Assembly (NCBI GenBank): GCA_963774265.1
Contig: CAVZDU010000001.1
Coordinates: forward strand, 608,001-672,000
From: an uncultured Chloroflexia bacterium
Lineage (GTDB): Bacteria; Chloroflexota; Anaerolineae; CG2-30-64-16
Length of the DNA stretch: 64,000 nt
Reading direction: 5' to 3'
Shown here: positions 52,161 to 62,162 of the stretch, one piece after another
Layout of the letters: every line of letters begins with the position of its first letter
Position numbering within the stretch: the first letter of the stretch is position 1
The notes under the pieces: model-generated
What the model saw: only the letters and a program-made list of their open reading frames with translations
Told to the model about the DNA's origin: nothing
Databases searched by the model: none
Translations under genes and position numbers: made by a program

Positions 52161-54491
52161 ATGACACAGGCCGAATTCCGCACCGCCAGGATCGTCGTGC
52201 TGATCCTGTATCTGGCGGTCGCAACCGCGTACAGCCTCGTGAACCCGGCCTTTGAGAGCCCGGATGAGCTGCTTCACTTCGACTATGTTGAATCGCTGTT
52301 GCGTACAGGCCACCTGCCGGTTGCGGTCCTTGGAACTGGTCCGCGTGAAGCGATGCTCACCGAACACTTCCAGGCGCCTCTGTATTACGCTGGCGGTGCG
52401 CTCCTCACAGCCTGGCTTCCGCCGGGACGCCCGGCGTCCGAGGTGATCGAGCGCAACCCGTTCTGGGCATGGCGCATCGGTGAGGTCGGCGTTGACAACA
52501 AGAGCCAGTTTCTTCACGGCCCCGAGCAGGACTTCCCCTGGGTTGGCCTCTGGCTGAGGCTGCACTTGCTCCGGTTCCTTTCGATCCTCGTGGGACTGAT
52601 CGCCGTCTGGCAGACAGGCGAATTTGCTCTCCTGCTTTGGCCGCGGCGTTATGAAACTGCACTGCTGGCGACAGGATTCGTTGCTCTCCTGCCGCAGTTC
52701 GTTTACCTGTCCAGCTCCGTCACCAATGATGTCGCGGTTGTGGCTCTCAGCGCTCTCTCCGCGGTGGCGCTCGGACGACTCCTGCGTTCGCTCTCCCGGA
52801 AATCCATCGATGCGCGCGGCGCGCTCTGGTTAGGACTCCTCTTGGGCTGTGGGGTCCTGGCCGAAGTCAGCCTGTTGTCAGCGGGCGCCGTGGCTTTGGG
52901 CATCTTGTTTCTGTATCTGTTCGTCAACAGGCGTTCGACACCCCGCCCATCGTGGAGCAACCTGGGCCTGGCGGGACTGACCGCAGGGGCCATCGCTGTT
53001 CCGTACCTTGTGCGCAACTGGCTGGTCTACGGAGAGGCCACGGGTCTCAGGCGAATGGACGAAATCTGGGGCCGCAGGGAGCCGCCCCTGACGCTGCAGG
53101 AAACGTTGCGGGAGGTGCCCAACATGTGGACCTCCTTCTGGGGTCGCTTTGGTTACGGACAGATACCGGTCCCAAATGCGATCTACCTGGCCTGTCTGAT
53201 CGTGACCGTGATCGCGCTGGTTGGGCTGACCCTGGGCATGGTCGGACAGGCCCGCACGCTCTCGCTCTCTTCAAAATGGCCGCAGGCCATCCCGTGGCGC
53301 GACGGCAGGATCTGGCTGTTTGTTTATGCCGTCCTGCTGGCGATAACATTAATTGTCGCGCTCCTCAGGTACGCCGGGATCAGCCCGACGGGGTCATTTG
53401 GCCGTGAGTCATTCGCGGCCCTGCCGGCTGATGCAGTCCTGCTCGCCGCGGGTTGGACCGAAGTCGTCGCCGCTGCCCGACGGCGGGCTGTTGCACTATC
53501 TGTGTCATTCCTGATGCTCGTATTCAGCCTCTGGACGCTGGTGGCCATCCTGCGGCCCGCCTATGTGCTGCCCACGCGGGCGTTCGCGACTTCGGGCGGG
53601 CCGATCACTCCGCCTTCGGCGCAAGCCGGCTTGCGCCTGGGCGATGTGGCGACCCTGAGCAAGGTCACGCTCCTCAACCCGACCCTTGCGCCGGGTGAAG
53701 ATGCCCTGGTGGAAGTCGAATGGTTGCCGCTGCGAAGGACAGCTACGCCTTTGATCTTTTTCGCGCGCCTGGTGAGCCCGGACAACAAGCTGCTGGGCGA
53801 CAGGGATTCTTATCCCGGCTTGGGCCGGATCAGCACGACCTTCTGGAAACCTGGCGAGGTCTTCACGGATATCTATCGAGTGCCCGTGGACGAGAACGCG
53901 GCGCGCGAGGCTTCACCGGCGCAGGTCCGGGTGTGGGTAGGTCTCTACGATCGGGCGGCAGATACGATCCTGCCGGCTGTGGACTGGCCGTCAGGTAATT
54001 CAGTCGCCGGGATTGTGGCAGAGGGCAGGTTGCCCGCGGATCGAAGGCAGGGGGACAAGGAGCCAAGCCCCGCACCGGCCAGGTTCGGGGATAACCTTGA
54101 ATTGTCCGCCGCGCATTTCCCCGCCACCTTGCAGCCGGGCGCCACCGTGCCGATCACACTGGAATGGACTGTCTTGAACCCACCCCCGTACGACTGCAAG
54201 CTGTTCATCCACCTGGCGCCAATAGATCAGGTCAGGTCAGTGGCGCAGGTCGATGAGCCAATCATGCGAGACCGCTATCCGAGACGTCTGTGGGCCTCAG
54301 GAGAGAAACTCGAGGACACCCATCGGATCGATATCCCGGCAACGCTGGCGCCAGGGACCTACCGGTTCCTGGTCGGGATCTACCGCGAGGAGCCAGGATG
54401 GCCGCGCTTGCCCGTAATGACCGCGGCCGGCCGTGTGCCGGAAGACGCCTACGTGCTGGGCACCGTGCAGGTAGTTGGCGCACCGCGGTGA
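52161..54491 (+). CDS. GT-C (ArnT/PMT-like) membrane glycosyltransferase with C-terminal extracellular beta domains
   Basis: FESPDE..H, QAPLYY, SSVTND, SFWGRFG; many TM segments. Confidence 0.78.
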   Translation: MTQAEFRTARIVVLILYLAVATAYSLVNPAFESPDELLHFDYVESLLRTGHLPVAVLGTGPREAMLTEHFQAPLYYAGGALLTAWLPPGRPASEVIERNPFWAWRIGEVGVDNKSQFLHGPEQDFPWVGLWLRLHLLRFLSILVGLIAVWQTGEFALLLWPRRYETALLATGFVALLPQFVYLSSSVTNDVAVVALSALSAVALGRLLRSLSRKSIDARGALWLGLLLGCGVLAEVSLLSAGAVALGILFLYLFVNRRSTPRPSWSNLGLAGLTAGAIAVPYLVRNWLVYGEATGLRRMDEIWGRREPPLTLQETLREVPNMWTSFWGRFGYGQIPVPNAIYLACLIVTVIALVGLTLGMVGQARTLSLSSKWPQAIPWRDGRIWLFVYAVLLAITLIVALLRYAGISPTGSFGRESFAALPADAVLLAAGWTEVVAAARRRAVALSVSFLMLVFSLWTLVAILRPAYVLPTRAFATSGGPITPPSAQAGLRLGDVATLSKVTLLNPTLAPGEDALVEVEWLPLRRTATPLIFFARLVSPDNKLLGDRDSYPGLGRISTTFWKPGEVFTDIYRVPVDENAAREASPAQVRVWVGLYDRAADTILPAVDWPSGNSVAGIVAEGRLPADRRQGDKEPSPAPARFGDNLELSAAHFPATLQPGATVPITLEWTVLNPPPYDCKLFIHLAPIDQVRSVAQVDEPIMRDRYPRRLWASGEKLEDTHRIDIPATLAPGTYRFLVGIYREEPGWPRLPVMTAAGRVPEDAYVLGTVQVVGAPR

Positions 54492-54511
54492 GCTTCTCAG
54501 TGGTCGCCGCG

Positions 54512-54546
54512 AACCTGCAACCTGCAACCCGTAACCTGCAACCGTA
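54512..54546. repeat. heptamer tandem repeat (AACCTGC), five units
   Basis: aacctgc aacctgc aacccgt aacctgc aaccgta. Confidence 0.75.
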
Positions 54547-54554
54547 GGTAAACC

Positions 54555-55886
54555 ATGCCCATCAATCCGCTCCAGCACATCGCCATGCTCAGCGTCCACA
54601 CCTGTCCCCTCGCCACCCTGGGCGGCAAGGAGACGGGTGGCATGAACGTCTACGTGCGCGAGCTCGCGCGGGAGTTAGGAAACCGCGGGCTCGCCGTGGA
54701 CGTGTTCACGCGCTCCCAGGATGAAAACATCAAGCGCATCAGCACGCGGCTCGGCAATGCAGTGCGCGTCATCCACCTGCCAGCCGGTCCGGAGCGGCCT
54801 TACAACAAGAACGAAATCTACAACCACCTGCCCGAGTTCGTCGATGGTGTGCGCCGTTTCGCCGCCGTGGAGGGCATCACCTACGATGTCCTCCACAGCC
54901 ATTACTGGCTCTCGGGCCTCGCGGCGCATGACCTGCGCGAATCGTGGGGCGCGCCCATCGTCCACATGTTTCACACCCTGGCCGAGCTGAAGAACCAGGT
55001 CGCTGCGACCCCGGCTGAGTTGGAGCCGCCCTTGCGCAGCGGATGCGAAGGGGAGATCATGCGCTTTGCCGACGCCATCATCGCGGCCACGACCCTGGAA
55101 CGGGATCAGATGGCTGGCCTTTATGGCGCCGACCCCGCCAGCATTCACATCGTACCGCCTGGCGTCGACCTGGATTTGTTCCGGCCCATCCCATGCAAGG
55201 AGGCGCGCGCTGCCATCGGCATCCCACCCGAGCACCAGATGGTCCTCTTCGTCGGTCGCATCCAGCCGATCAAGGGGATCGACACATTGATTCGCGCGCT
55301 GGCGGTGTTGCTGCGCAAGGAGCCGCACCTTGCTGGCAAGCTGTGCGTGGTCATCATCGGCGGCGCGGGCGATCCCGCGGCGGACGGCGAGTTGGCGCGG
55401 CTCCAGGCGTTGGAGCAGGAGCTCGGCATCGACGACCTCGTCACCTTCCTGGGCTCGCGCGACCAGGACACCCTGGTTAACTACTACAACGCGGCCATGA
55501 TCGTGGTCGTTCCATCGCACTACGAGTCATTCGGCATGGTCGCACTGGAGGCGATGGCCTGCGGCACGCCGGTGATTGCGTCGGACGTCGGCGGGCTGTC
55601 GCTCAACATCGCCGATGGGTTCAACGGTTACCTGGTGCCCAAGGGCGATGTGGGCGAGCTGGCCTACAAGATGGAGTTGCTGCTGGAGCACGACACGCTG
55701 CGCAGCCAGTTGGGCAGTCAGGCGTGCCAGTGGGCTCAGCGTTTCTCCTGGCAGACCATCGCCGACGAGACCCTCGCGGTCTACGCCCATGCGATGGGGC
55801 GGCCCGAGTCGGACCTCAGCCCCTATCTGTCTGCGCGCAGGGGTGGGCAGGCGCAGCTGCCGGACGTGGAGCGCGAATGTCCCTGA
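54555..55886 (+). CDS. GT4 glycosyltransferase, MshA (D-inositol-3-phosphate glycosyltransferase)-like
   Basis: SVHTCPL..GGMNVYV, HSHYWLSG, FHTLA..KN, FVGRIQPIKG, ESFGMVALEA. Confidence 0.85.
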   Translation: MPINPLQHIAMLSVHTCPLATLGGKETGGMNVYVRELARELGNRGLAVDVFTRSQDENIKRISTRLGNAVRVIHLPAGPERPYNKNEIYNHLPEFVDGVRRFAAVEGITYDVLHSHYWLSGLAAHDLRESWGAPIVHMFHTLAELKNQVAATPAELEPPLRSGCEGEIMRFADAIIAATTLERDQMAGLYGADPASIHIVPPGVDLDLFRPIPCKEARAAIGIPPEHQMVLFVGRIQPIKGIDTLIRALAVLLRKEPHLAGKLCVVIIGGAGDPAADGELARLQALEQELGIDDLVTFLGSRDQDTLVNYYNAAMIVVVPSHYESFGMVALEAMACGTPVIASDVGGLSLNIADGFNGYLVPKGDVGELAYKMELLLEHDTLRSQLGSQACQWAQRFSWQTIADETLAVYAHAMGRPESDLSPYLSARRGGQAQLPDVERECP

Positions 55887-56527
55887 AAGCGGTGATCTTC
55901 GATTTTGGGGGTGTGTTGGTCCGCACCCGCAGCCAGGACCTGCGGTCGCGGTGGGAGCATCGGCTGGGACTGGCCCCCGGGGAAGCCTCTGACATTGTCT
56001 TCGGCGGCGAAAGCGGCATGGCCGCCCAGCACGGCCACATCACAGATGAGAGGCACTGGCGCTGGGTCGCGCAGCGGCTGGACTTGGGCCCCGAGGACCT
56101 CGCCGCGTTTCGGCACGACTTCTTTGCGGAGGACAGCCTCGACACGGAACTGCTGGCCTACGTAGATCGCCTGCACGGCGCGGGATATCACCTCGGCCTG
56201 CTCAGCAACATGGCCGACAACGCTCGGGTGATTTTCGGCGAGAAGTACGAGATCCTGTCCCACTTCGACAGTGTGACGATCTCATCCGAGGAAGGGATCA
56301 TGAAACCTGACGCGGCTATTTTTGAGATCGCGTTGGCGCGTGCGGGGGTCGACCCTGGCGAGGCGGTCTTTGTGGATGATTTCGTGGCCAATGTTGAAGG
56401 CGCACGCCGGGTGGGGATGCTGGGCATCCACTTCCGGGACACGAAGCAGGCGGTGGCCGAGCTGGCTGCGCTGACCGGGGTAGATTTCCAGGGTGTCCTG
56501 CGCCGCTACGACACAAGCCGCTGTTGA
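55877..56527 (+). CDS. HAD-superfamily phosphatase (YihX-like)
   Basis: IFDFGGVL, LLSN, KPD, FVDD. Confidence 0.9.
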   Translation: MSLKAVIFDFGGVLVRTRSQDLRSRWEHRLGLAPGEASDIVFGGESGMAAQHGHITDERHWRWVAQRLDLGPEDLAAFRHDFFAEDSLDTELLAYVDRLHGAGYHLGLLSNMADNARVIFGEKYEILSHFDSVTISSEEGIMKPDAAIFEIALARAGVDPGEAVFVDDFVANVEGARRVGMLGIHFRDTKQAVAELAALTGVDFQGVLRRYDTSRC

Positions 56528-57159
56528 TTCGTGGCTGGCGAACGTCCCGGGCCTGCTCCCCTGCGTTTGCGCCAGTTGATCAAAAAACGACGCACGAAGC
56601 CAAGCCGGGCCAGCAGTCCCAATCCGATGATCCCGCCCCAGATCAGCGGCTCCCGTATGTCGGATTTCACCGCCCACGCATAGTGGACGATGACCAGTCC
56701 GCCTGCTCCGTACACCAGGCGGTGCAGCGTCCGCCACGCCTTGCCCAGCCGCTTCTGCCAGCCCTTTGTAGACGTCAGGGCCAACGGCATGAGGATCAGC
56801 AGGGCCGCCAAACCCACGAAGATGTATCTTTTGCCTGCCACGTCGGCCCACAGGAGCCTGAGGTTGAGGCCATAATCCAGCCCGATGAACGTCAGGAAGT
56901 GCAGGGCCGCGTAACCGAACGCGTACAGTCCCAGCGGCCGCCGCCAGCGCACGGGGCGCGCCCAGCCGGTGATCGTATTGAGCGGCGTGCACCACAGCGA
57001 GAGCACCAGCAGGATCAAGGCGGCCTTTCCCGTGCGTTGCTCGATATCCTGGATAGGATTGACCGACAGCCGCCCCGTGGCCGCGTCAAACAATAGCCAC
57101 GCGATCGGGATGAGCGCAGCCGCATGGATCACTGCCTGCCAAACCCGGACCTTGCGCAT
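56506..57159 (-). CDS. msrQ: methionine sulfoxide reductase heme subunit
   Basis: NPIQ..TG, RRPLGLYAF.YA.LH, LALTS, WRTLHRLVY. Confidence 0.92.
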   Translation of the reverse strand: MRKVRVWQAVIHAAALIPIAWLLFDAATGRLSVNPIQDIEQRTGKAALILLVLSLWCTPLNTITGWARPVRWRRPLGLYAFGYAALHFLTFIGLDYGLNLRLLWADVAGKRYIFVGLAALLILMPLALTSTKGWQKRLGKAWRTLHRLVYGAGGLVIVHYAWAVKSDIREPLIWGGIIGLGLLARLGFVRRFLINWRKRRGAGPGRSPATNQQRLVS

Positions 57160-58160
57160 CAGTAGTTGGCCTGCAGGTCCATCCCCGTGTACAGGCTCGC
57201 CACCTGTTCGGTGTAGCCGTTGAACATCAGCGTCTCGCGGCGCCCACCCTCTCCGATGCGTCGCTCGGACGCCTGCGACCAGCGCGGATGCGCTACATCG
57301 GGATTGACGTTGGCATAGAAGCCATATTCGTTCGGAGCCGCAGTCATCCATAACGATCTGGGCATTTCGGCAACAAGGTCGATCTTGACAATGGATTTAA
57401 TGCTCTTGAACCCATACTTCCACGGGACGACCAGGCGAATCGGCGCACCGTTTTGTGGAAGCAGCACCTTCCCATAGAGTCCCACCGACAAGATCGCGAG
57501 ATCATTCATCGCCTCATCGAGGCGTAAGCCCTCGACGTAGGGCCATTGATACCACCCGGACCGTTGGCCGGGCATGCGCTCGGCGTCGAGCAGCGTCTCA
57601 AAGCGTACGTACTTCGCGTCGCCGGTCGGCTCGACCTCCTTGAGCAGCTTTGCCAGCGGGAAGCCCAGCCACGGGATGACCATCGACCACGCTTCCACGC
57701 AACGCAGCCGGTAAATCCGTTCCTCGGGTGTGAACCTGCCCATCAGGTCCTCGACGGCATAGGTCTTGGGCTTATTGACCAGTCCGCCCACTGCCAGCGT
57801 CCACGGCGACGTCACGAAGCCGGTGGCGTTTTTCGCAGGGTCGTCTTTGCCCATGCCGAACTCGTAGAAGTTGTTGTAGGTGGTCACCGCCTCGTACGAA
57901 GTGAGGCCGTCGCCCAACTCGTCTTTAGCGCTGCTCGCCTTTGGCTCAGCCTGGGGGAGAGGCGTCGAGCCCTCCGTAGGAAGTGGTGTGTTGCTGTTGC
58001 GCGTCGCTGCTGCGGCTGACGTAGCGGCAGGCTGTGGTGGAGCACACCCACTCAAAGCCAGCGCGCCGGCTGCCATGGCTGCACCTTTCATGAACTGCCG
58101 CCGGTTCAGAAAAACCCATTCGGGGGTGATCTCGGATGATGGAATAACCGGTAACTTCAT
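57159..58160 (-). CDS. msrP: methionine sulfoxide reductase molybdopterin subunit
   Basis: SEITP, Tat motif [44 protein letters not shown]. Confidence 0.95.
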   Translation of the reverse strand: MKLPVIPSSEITPEWVFLNRRQFMKGAAMAAGALALSGCAPPQPAATSAAAATRNSNTPLPTEGSTPLPQAEPKASSAKDELGDGLTSYEAVTTYNNFYEFGMGKDDPAKNATGFVTSPWTLAVGGLVNKPKTYAVEDLMGRFTPEERIYRLRCVEAWSMVIPWLGFPLAKLLKEVEPTGDAKYVRFETLLDAERMPGQRSGWYQWPYVEGLRLDEAMNDLAILSVGLYGKVLLPQNGAPIRLVVPWKYGFKSIKSIVKIDLVAEMPRSLWMTAAPNEYGFYANVNPDVAHPRWSQASERRIGEGGRRETLMFNGYTEQVASLYTGMDLQANY

Positions 58161-58310
58161 ATCATTGCACTCCTTGCCATTATGTATCATAAGCTACGAT
58201 AATGAATCCTGCCTTAAGAGAGTATTACGGGCACGTTAGGCGGTCTGTAAGCCACTTCCCCCCAATGGCGACAGGTTCCGTGTGGTAGAATGGCGGGCGG
58301 GGGTGACAAC

Positions 58311-59285
58311 GTGCGCAAATGGTTCGGTTGGCTCATCGGAGCTGCGATCGGCGGGGGCGCGGGACTGGCGCTTTACGCGCATCGCGTGGAACACGCGCGC
58401 GTCTCACTCGATCGCTTCACGGTTACCATCGACAAGCCAGGCATACCCGTGGCGGGGCTGACCATCCTCCACCTCTCTGACTTTCACTTCCGCGCTGTCG
58501 ATTCTGTGCAGGAGGTGCGTCTTGCCAGGCTCCGGGCGCTGCTCGCCGGCGAACACTACGATATCGTGGCCTTCACGGGCGACCTCATCCATGACCGCGC
58601 CGGCGCCATGCGTGCATTAGTCTTTCTGGCCGAATTGCAGCCCTCGCTCGGCGCGTTCTCGGTGCCCGGCAATCGTGACTACTGGGAGTCGAGCTTCAAG
58701 GCAGTCTTTGCCACACCCGATGAACGCCGGGGCCTGTCGACTGGGGGCCGGTTGCGTCTGACAGTTCGCAAAATACGGCGGACGCTGCGCATGTTTGCTG
58801 GCAACCAGCGTGCCGCCCTGCGGTTTCGCGCCAATGATGTCCTGGCGATGCACGAGGCGCTCCGGCTACAAGGGGTCGAACCGCTCGTCAACAGGGCCGT
58901 GAACATTATCGGAAAGGGCTGTGATCTGTGGCTGGCTGGCGTTGACGATCTCACGCAGGGTCAGCCCGACCTGGTTTCGGCCCTTGCTCCTGTGCCGCCA
59001 AACGCGCCGCTCGTGCTCCTGGCCCACAATCCCGATATCTGGTTGGACGAAAGTGCCCGGCGCGTCGATCTGATCTTATCCGGGCACACGCACGGGGGGC
59101 AACTCCGGCTCCCGATTTTGGGCGCGTGGTATCGGCAGGGCACGCACCTCAGCCGGCGCCAGGCGGCTGGATGGTTCGAAGGGGATGGTAGGCGCATGTT
59201 TGTGAGTCGCGGCCTGGGCGAAAGCTTTCCGTTTAGGCTGGGCGCGCAGCCCCAGGCAGCGTTGATCCGGCTCGTACGGGCGTAA
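58311..59285 (+). CDS. calcineurin-like metallophosphoesterase (YkuE-like), GNRD variant
   Basis: HLSDFH, TGDL, PGNRD, LAHNPD, SGHTHGGQ, SRGLG. Confidence 0.88.
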   Translation: MRKWFGWLIGAAIGGGAGLALYAHRVEHARVSLDRFTVTIDKPGIPVAGLTILHLSDFHFRAVDSVQEVRLARLRALLAGEHYDIVAFTGDLIHDRAGAMRALVFLAELQPSLGAFSVPGNRDYWESSFKAVFATPDERRGLSTGGRLRLTVRKIRRTLRMFAGNQRAALRFRANDVLAMHEALRLQGVEPLVNRAVNIIGKGCDLWLAGVDDLTQGQPDLVSALAPVPPNAPLVLLAHNPDIWLDESARRVDLILSGHTHGGQLRLPILGAWYRQGTHLSRRQAAGWFEGDGRRMFVSRGLGESFPFRLGAQPQAALIRLVRA

Positions 59286-59297
59286 CGGGGAAATCTC

Positions 59298-60281
59298 TTG
59301 AAACGTTGGATTCTTGGCGGCCTCCTGGGAGCCATCAGCGCGGGCGGCATGGCCCTTCTTTATGCGATGACGGTCGAGCGCGAACGCGTTCAACTGGATC
59401 GATTCACCGTGCGGTTGGATTCGAAGCGCCTGCCGCCGAATGGGCTCACGATCCTGCACTTGTCGGACTTCCATTTCAAGGCGGATGGCCGGGTTCAGGC
59501 GCGCAAAGTCGCCCATCTGCAAACACTGCTGGCACGCGAGCACTTCGACGTAGTCGCACTGACCGGCGACCTCATCCACGACATCGGCGGGCTGCCCGGG
59601 GCGATGGCCTTGATCGAATCGCTATGTCCGTGTTTGGGGCTCTATTTCGTGCCGGGCAATCATGATTACGCCGAGTATACGCCTTGGGGCGTGTTCGGTC
59701 ACACGTGGCGCGAGAACGCTCAGGGGGATGCGAGCGCGCGCGACCTGCGGCACGCAATTAGCGCGTTGCTGGACTTCGTCGGCAAAGTAGCTCGTAACGA
59801 CCTGGTTCGCATGCCGGTGTGCTTCAATGACGTGCCCGCCATGCTGGAGGCGTTGTCAACCTTGGGTGTCCAACCGCTGGTAAACACATCGACGCGGCTG
59901 TCGGTTGATGGCGTGGATGTCTGGTTCGCCGGCGTGGACGATGAGTTGGAAGGTCAGTCCGACCTGGCCGCGGCCCTGGGGGACATCCCGCTGGCCGCAC
60001 CCCTGGTGCTGCTGGCGCACAACCCGGACATTTGGCTCCAGGACGGCGTGGATCGGGCGGACCTCGTCTTATCCGGCCACACGCACGGAGGACAGATCCA
60101 GCTGCCGATTATAGGGGCCGTCCATACGCAGGGCACGCACCTGCGGCGCAGTCAGCCCGCCGGCTGGTTTGAGCGCGGGCGATCCAGGATGTTCGTGAGC
60201 CGTGGACTGGGGGAGAGCATTCCGCTTCGCTTTCGAGCGCGTCCGCAGGTGGCCCTGATGCACTTGATAGGCTCAAAGTAA
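59298..60281 (+). CDS. calcineurin-like metallophosphoesterase (tandem paralog)
   Basis: HLSDFH, TGDL, PGNHD, LAHNPD, SGHTHGGQ, SRGLG. Confidence 0.9.
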   Translation: MKRWILGGLLGAISAGGMALLYAMTVERERVQLDRFTVRLDSKRLPPNGLTILHLSDFHFKADGRVQARKVAHLQTLLAREHFDVVALTGDLIHDIGGLPGAMALIESLCPCLGLYFVPGNHDYAEYTPWGVFGHTWRENAQGDASARDLRHAISALLDFVGKVARNDLVRMPVCFNDVPAMLEALSTLGVQPLVNTSTRLSVDGVDVWFAGVDDELEGQSDLAAALGDIPLAAPLVLLAHNPDIWLQDGVDRADLVLSGHTHGGQIQLPIIGAVHTQGTHLRRSQPAGWFERGRSRMFVSRGLGESIPLRFRARPQVALMHLIGSK

Positions 60282-60321
60282 CGACTTCAGTCTCCCTCGT
60301 TTCAGCAACTGAAGTCGTTAC
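60278..60321. repeat. REP-like inverted repeat
   Basis: gtaacgacttcagt/actgaagtcgttac 14-bp perfect arms; the left arm contains the TAA stop of the upstream gene. Confidence 0.72.
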
Positions 60322-60360
60322 GATATGACCAAGTAGTCCTGTAGCGGACGCCTGTCAGGG

Positions 60361-62142
60361 TCACGCGTCCTCAGACCGCCAGAGCGCGGGTGGCCGCTCG
60401 TAGACCAGCCCTCGCTTGGTGTCCATCACGATATGCATTCCATCCTCGAATGGGCCGATCCCCTCGGTAACGCCCACTACGGCCGGGAGGCCCATCTCCA
60501 GTGCAATCAACCGGCAGTGTGAGTTAGCGCCGGTGTCTGCTGTGATCAGCCCTGCCGAACGATGTAAGGCTGGCAGGAATGTGCGATCCGTTCGGTCCGT
60601 GACAATGATCTCATCCGGCTCGATCGCGATATCGGAGGGCACAGGCGAGGCCAATCGCCGCACCCGTCCGATCACCTTGCGGTCGCCCAGGCCCAGGCCA
60701 TGGGCCAGGATGCACTCGATCAAGTGGATCTTCATCAGGTTGGTGGTCCCGCCGCCACCCTCGACCGATCCGCCGGTTACCACCAGCACATCACCCTCTC
60801 TGACATAACCGGCTTTCTGGGCCGCCTCCACCGCGTCAGCAATGACCGCATCTGTGTTCGCGCCCCGGTGCGAGAGGAGAGGATAGACGCCCCAGAAGAG
60901 CACAAGCTCACGCTGTGCAAAGGGATTGGGCGTAACGGCAATGATAGGGCAGGGCGGCCGGAACCGCGATACCGAACGGGCCGTTGAGCCGGATACTGTC
61001 GGCGTAATGATGGCTGCCGCGCTCAGGTCCAGGGCCGTTTCAACTGATGCGTGTGACACCGCCTCGGCGAATGTGCGTCCGGCTTTGGCCGAGAATTCCT
61101 TGTGGCTCACCTTGAATTGCGCCGCCTCCGCTTCCTGGGCAATGCGCACCATCGTTTGCACGGCCTGCAGGGGATACTTGCCCGATGCGGTCTCGCCCGA
61201 CAACATGATCGCATCGGATCCGTCCAATATCGCGTTCGCGACGTCGGAGGCCTCTGCACGCGTGGGCCGCGGGTTGCGGATCATAGAATCCAGCATCTGT
61301 GTGGCAGTGATGACCGGTTTGCCGACCGCGTTGCATTTAGCAATGATCGTCTTCTGCAGCATGGGCACGGCCTCAGGCGATATTTCGATGCCCAGGTCCC
61401 CGCGCGCGACCATGATGCCGTCCGATGCAGTGATAATCTCGTCGATATTATTGATCGCCTCGGGTTTTTCGATCTTTGAGATTACAGGGGTCTGACGACC
61501 GAAGGCCGACAGTTGGCGGATGTTGGCTTTGAGTTCCCAGACTTCTTGGGCCGAGCGGACGAATGACAGCGCGATCCAGTCGATTCCCTGGTCGATGGCA
61601 AATGCCAGGTTCTCCCGGTCTTTGTCGGTGATGGCTGGAATGCTGAGCGCCGCGCGGGGAAGATTGAGGCCCTTGTTCGAGTTGAGCACTCCGTCGACAC
61701 TCACGCGAGTGATGATCTCGGTCCCCTGCACCTCCGTAACGACGACCTCCAGCAGTCCGTCGTCAATGAGAATGCGGTCGCCCGCAGCCACGACCTTCGG
61801 CAGGTGCTCGTACTGCACTGGCACGCGACCGGGTTCGCCGACGATGTCGTCCGTCGTCATCACCAACGTCTCGCCTGCTTTGAGGGGAACGCCTCCATCC
61901 TGCATTTTGCCGACTCTTAGCTTTGGCCCCTGGAGGTCACCCAAAATGGCCACCGCTTTATCGGCTTGTGCAGCGGCCTCTCGAATTCGCTGGATCGACT
62001 CGGCATGCGTAGCCTGGTCGCCGTGCGAAAAATTGATCCGGGCCACATCCATGCCTGCCCGAATGAGCTGGGCTAGCTGCTCTGGTTCCCGGCTGGCAGG
62101 TCCGATCGTGCAAACGATTTTTGTGCGCAAGAGTGACAGCAT
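60361..62142 (-). CDS. pyk: pyruvate kinase with C-terminal PEP-utiliser mobile domain
   Basis: TKIVCTIGP, RINFSHG, DLQGPK, MVARGDLG, ATQML, PTRAEASD, MLSGETA. Confidence 0.96.
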   Translation of the reverse strand: MLSLLRTKIVCTIGPASREPEQLAQLIRAGMDVARINFSHGDQATHAESIQRIREAAAQADKAVAILGDLQGPKLRVGKMQDGGVPLKAGETLVMTTDDIVGEPGRVPVQYEHLPKVVAAGDRILIDDGLLEVVVTEVQGTEIITRVSVDGVLNSNKGLNLPRAALSIPAITDKDRENLAFAIDQGIDWIALSFVRSAQEVWELKANIRQLSAFGRQTPVISKIEKPEAINNIDEIITASDGIMVARGDLGIEISPEAVPMLQKTIIAKCNAVGKPVITATQMLDSMIRNPRPTRAEASDVANAILDGSDAIMLSGETASGKYPLQAVQTMVRIAQEAEAAQFKVSHKEFSAKAGRTFAEAVSHASVETALDLSAAAIITPTVSGSTARSVSRFRPPCPIIAVTPNPFAQRELVLFWGVYPLLSHRGANTDAVIADAVEAAQKAGYVREGDVLVVTGGSVEGGGGTTNLMKIHLIECILAHGLGLGDRKVIGRVRRLASPVPSDIAIEPDEIIVTDRTDRTFLPALHRSAGLITADTGANSHCRLIALEMGLPAVVGVTEGIGPFEDGMHIVMDTKRGLVYERPPALWRSEDA

Positions 62143-62162
62143 TCTTCCTTCTCCTTATACAT

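Noticed and set aside
60361-60720. PEP-utiliser domain on pyruvate kinase as a novelty
   Set aside because: Known architecture in Bacillota and Cyanobacteria.
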